This document shows, one piece after another, positions 61,073 to 64,000 of a DNA stretch of 64,000 bases. How positions within the stretch are numbered: position 1 is the first letter of the stretch; every line of letters starts with the position of its first letter. Source of the DNA: Vitrella brassicaformis CCMP3155. Taxonomy: Eukaryota; Protista; Chromerida. The DNA lies in NCBI GenBank assembly GCA_001179505.1, contig CDMY01000399.1, forward strand, positions 22,685 to 86,684, read 5' to 3'. The notes beneath the pieces were generated by a model. The model was not told where the DNA came from. It saw only the letters and a list, made by a program, of their open reading frames with translations, and made no database searches. Made by a program: the position numbers and the translations under genes.

Positions 61073-61825
61073 CAGAACAAGGAGTACTACAACTCGTTGG
61101 TGCAGGACGTGGCCGACAAACTCGCCAAAGCGGAGACCACACTCTCAAGCAAACAGTCAGCTCAGCCAGCACAGCCACACACGTGATGTACCCGACCGAC
61201 CGGCACACCGCGGTGTGTGCGTGTGTTGTGTGTGTGTGTAAAGGTACGGTGGTCAGATTATGGGTGGTAGCGGCAGCAAGAAGAATCAGGGCGAGGCCGA
61301 CCTCACAGAAGTCGCCAAGCTCAGGTACGTGCGTGGGTGGACACATCAATGAGTGGACGGATGGATGGACACGCACCTGACATCAGGGATGTGTGTGTCC
61401 CTGCCTGCCTGTCTCCCTCTCTGTGCGTGTGTCTGTCTGCAGTGCCCGTGCGTCGTCTGAGCAGCTCAAGGGACTCGCCAACCAAGTCATCAAGGCAAGT
61501 CGTCACACACAACACACACACAGCGCAGTCAGATCTATACCAACACACACGCCACAAGGGACTGCTCTGCTGATCATTCATGTGTGAGCTCTATGTCGGT
61601 CGGTCTGTATGGGTGCGTGTGCAGGATCTGCTGTTCAACCAGGCCCTCCGCTCATCGCCCGGCCAGTGCGGCCGTCACCGCAGCGACGTGTCGACGGCCG
61701 CCGCCTCGTCCATCATGACCAACGGCGTCACCGCAATGGCCACCGACCCACCCGCTGCTGCTGCTGCCGCTGCTGCTCCTGCTGGTGGTGGCAACCGACC
61801 CGCACCCATGGACACCTCTACCTAG
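59338..61825 (+). CDS. COPS5: COP9 signalosome subunit 5 (JAB1, JAMM metalloprotease)
   Basis: [19 protein letters not shown]|[27 protein letters not shown]|[11 protein letters not shown]|[17 protein letters not shown]|[26 protein letters not shown]|[30 protein letters not shown]|[25 protein letters not shown]; JAMM motif intact. Confidence 0.97.
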
Positions 61826-62522
61826 CGCTAGCGGTCATGTCATGGGGAGCTCCCGGCCAACACACACAGAGAGGTGGACAGGGCGATGCACGGAGTGTGG
61901 TTGTGCAGACAGAGGCGAGAGAGAGAGAGACGGGACGTGTGGCAGTGACTGGTTTGTTTGATTCGATGAGTGAGGTGTTTCCATTCCCACCCACTCGACG
62001 TGACGTGTGTACTTTAGAACGAAACGACGGCAGACCCGACTGCATCCATGTGTGTGTGTGTGTGAATCCCTTTATATATCTCAACGACATTTGACTGATG
62101 CATCAGTAAGGCATCCCATCCAGCCACACCTTCATTCATCTCTGTGCCGGGCGTCTGCCGCACCAGTCAGCACACACACACACATCCACACACACACACA
62201 CACACAAATGCACCTCCGACATGGATTTCGGAGCCCTCCATTTATCCACACGTCACACGTCACAGGTCGCTAATGAATGGCTATCGACCCACACACAGTT
62301 CACCGAAGGACACTCACCGAAGGACACACAGACAGACAGCTGCTCACTCACACGTACCTAGTGTGCAGAAAAACCAACAACGGCCCGAGAACGGGCCTTA
62401 AGGCATCGCATCCATCGACAGGTGGGAAGACATGCAGACACACACGCCCCGCCCCGCCCCGCCCTGCCCAGCGGCACTGCACGCGGCGCCGCGCAGTGCA
62501 CCATGTCATGTATTGTATGCTA

Positions 62523-62822
62523 NNNNNNNNNNNNNNNNNNNNNNNNNNNNNNNNNNNNNNNNNNNNNNNNNNNNNNNNNNNNNNNNNNNNNNNNNNNNNN
62601 NNNNNNNNNNNNNNNNNNNNNNNNNNNNNNNNNNNNNNNNNNNNNNNNNNNNNNNNNNNNNNNNNNNNNNNNNNNNNNNNNNNNNNNNNNNNNNNNNNNN
62701 NNNNNNNNNNNNNNNNNNNNNNNNNNNNNNNNNNNNNNNNNNNNNNNNNNNNNNNNNNNNNNNNNNNNNNNNNNNNNNNNNNNNNNNNNNNNNNNNNNNN
62801 NNNNNNNNNNNNNNNNNNNNNN
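62523..62822. other. Assembly gap (300 N)
   Basis: Run of n characters. Confidence 1.
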
Positions 62823-62889
62823 ACCACACCACATCACAGCACACCACACCATCCCACACGATCCCATCCCACCCACTCCGTCCCTCCGT

Positions 62890-63193
62890 ACCAATGTTCC
62901 TAAAACCCATTCTCCCGAAGTAGAATGTATGTGGCACCTCCATTTTGTAGCCCCGCGGCAGGATGTTCTCCATTCCCGAGGCCGGTCCACCAGAGGTGGG
63001 GTTCTTCTGCACCCTCGTCAGGTCGGCCGGCCCCCGAGTGAAGCCGAAGAGGAAAGAGCCTGCCGGCTGTGGCTGTGCGTATGTGGCGGTGAAGTTGAGG
63101 CGGATCATCTCGGGGCCGGCGGGGCTGTCTGTGATGTGGGCGTGGGAGAGGTACACACAGTGGCACCCAGAGTCCTGGATGCACAAGTCCTGA
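62890..63193 (-). other. Possible coding exon of unknown gene next to the gap
   Basis: Acceptor ccttcag followed by an open, microsatellite-free frame DLCIQDSGCHCVYLSHAH..MEVPHTFYFGRMG; no family recognised. Confidence 0.3.
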
Positions 63194-64000
63194 AGGAAGC
63201 AAGCAAGGAAACAGACACACACACTGGCATGCAGACTGGGGGCGGCACTCAGTGAGAGAAAGACGCGCAGAAAAAAGGTGCAGGCGAGAAACTGAGGGCG
63301 CGTGTGCAAGATAATGTGACTATGGGCTATCAGGCCTTACCAAGCAGAGGGAATGAGGTTGTGTGTGTGGGTCGTGAGGGGAATCCGAAGTTGCTCAAAA
63401 GGTATCGCCTGAAAGGAGTTGAAGTAAATAACATACAGGCCTCTCCAGCTCAGAATCGCACCTTCATCAAGAGGTCAGGAAAGCTTTGCTAGGGCCCTTC
63501 ACGGCATGGCCGGTCCCTTGAGATCGAGCAGCATCTCTGTGAGCAGACAAGCGCACAAACAGAGAGAGATGTCATGTGGGAGGCCTTCCGGCTGCTTCTC
63601 GCTTCGTGTGTGGCCTTTGTGTGTGTGAGCCTCTCTGGTGCTGTTGTGTTTTTGGAGAGGGCATGTGCCGCTAGCGACCCCTAGCACCACTCAAGCTCGC
63701 AATTGTAAACACTCTCTGATTTTGAGGGCTTTTTCCCATTGCAGGGGGGCGGGGCGGCGGCTGACGTGCTCAACTAAACCCTAATTATGCGTAGGGTTTG
63801 CAAAATTCGTGAATGCGCGTGTGCAGCAGTGCGTGGCAGACAGACAGACTCACTCACACACAGGTTCATGTCAAAAGGGGGTCCATGTGCAGAGAGGGAG
63901 GGGGGAAAGGCCTGTGTGTGCAGTGCGTTTGCACGCGCGCGCGCGCGTGTGTGTGTGTGTGTGTGTGTGAGGGTGCGCGTGTGCCATGGTATAGCGATGG

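Larger units (their letters stand above)
480..63970. repeat. Dispersed intronic/intergenic microsatellites (CA)n, (GACA)n, (CCAT)n, (GA)n
   Basis: Present in most introns; they generate the many THTH/VCVC/MDG ORFs in the track. Confidence 0.95.

Noticed and set aside
62277-63309. Long ORFs spanning 62.3-63.3 kb
   Set aside because: They are open only because they cross the 300-N gap.
1-64000. CRISPR arrays, rRNA/tRNA genes, transposase or reverse-transcriptase ORFs
   Set aside because: No regular repeat-spacer arrays or recognisable RNA-gene or mobile-element motifs seen by eye; tRNAscan and RepeatMasker were not run.

Overview
Eukaryotic, very intron-dense DNA whose introns are filled with (CA/GT)n, (GACA)n and (CCAT)n microsatellites. 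Intron style and gene families suggest the chromerid alveolate Vitrella brassicaformis (inference, not proven). Most ORF-track entries are microsatellite or antisense artefacts, so I rebuilt genes by hand-splicing. Left to right: CHAT-protease/STAND-NTPase gene (-); SLC26/SulP transporter (+); divergent Cks1-like gene (-); decaying cyclin-fusion plus importin-alpha-like ARM cassette (12.3-17.9 kb); intronless F-box-like family gene; Hedgehog-type Hint (Hog) region; giant secreted LamG-Cys-repeat-~20xSushi-C2 protein whose last exon overlaps the Hint ORF and may be one gene with it; YKT6; CLU/TIF31-like; unassigned minus-strand exons; an inverted, intact and expanded copy of the cassette (46.3-59 kb); CSN5; a 300-N gap. 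Best candidates for new biology: (1) a Hedgehog-like self-cleaving giant adhesin, (2) a cyclin fold fused to a lineage-specific domain, head-to-head with an IBB-less importin-alpha-like gene, (3) an NLR-like CHAT-STAND protein with no sensor repeats. All domain calls are by-eye motif recognition; no searches were run.
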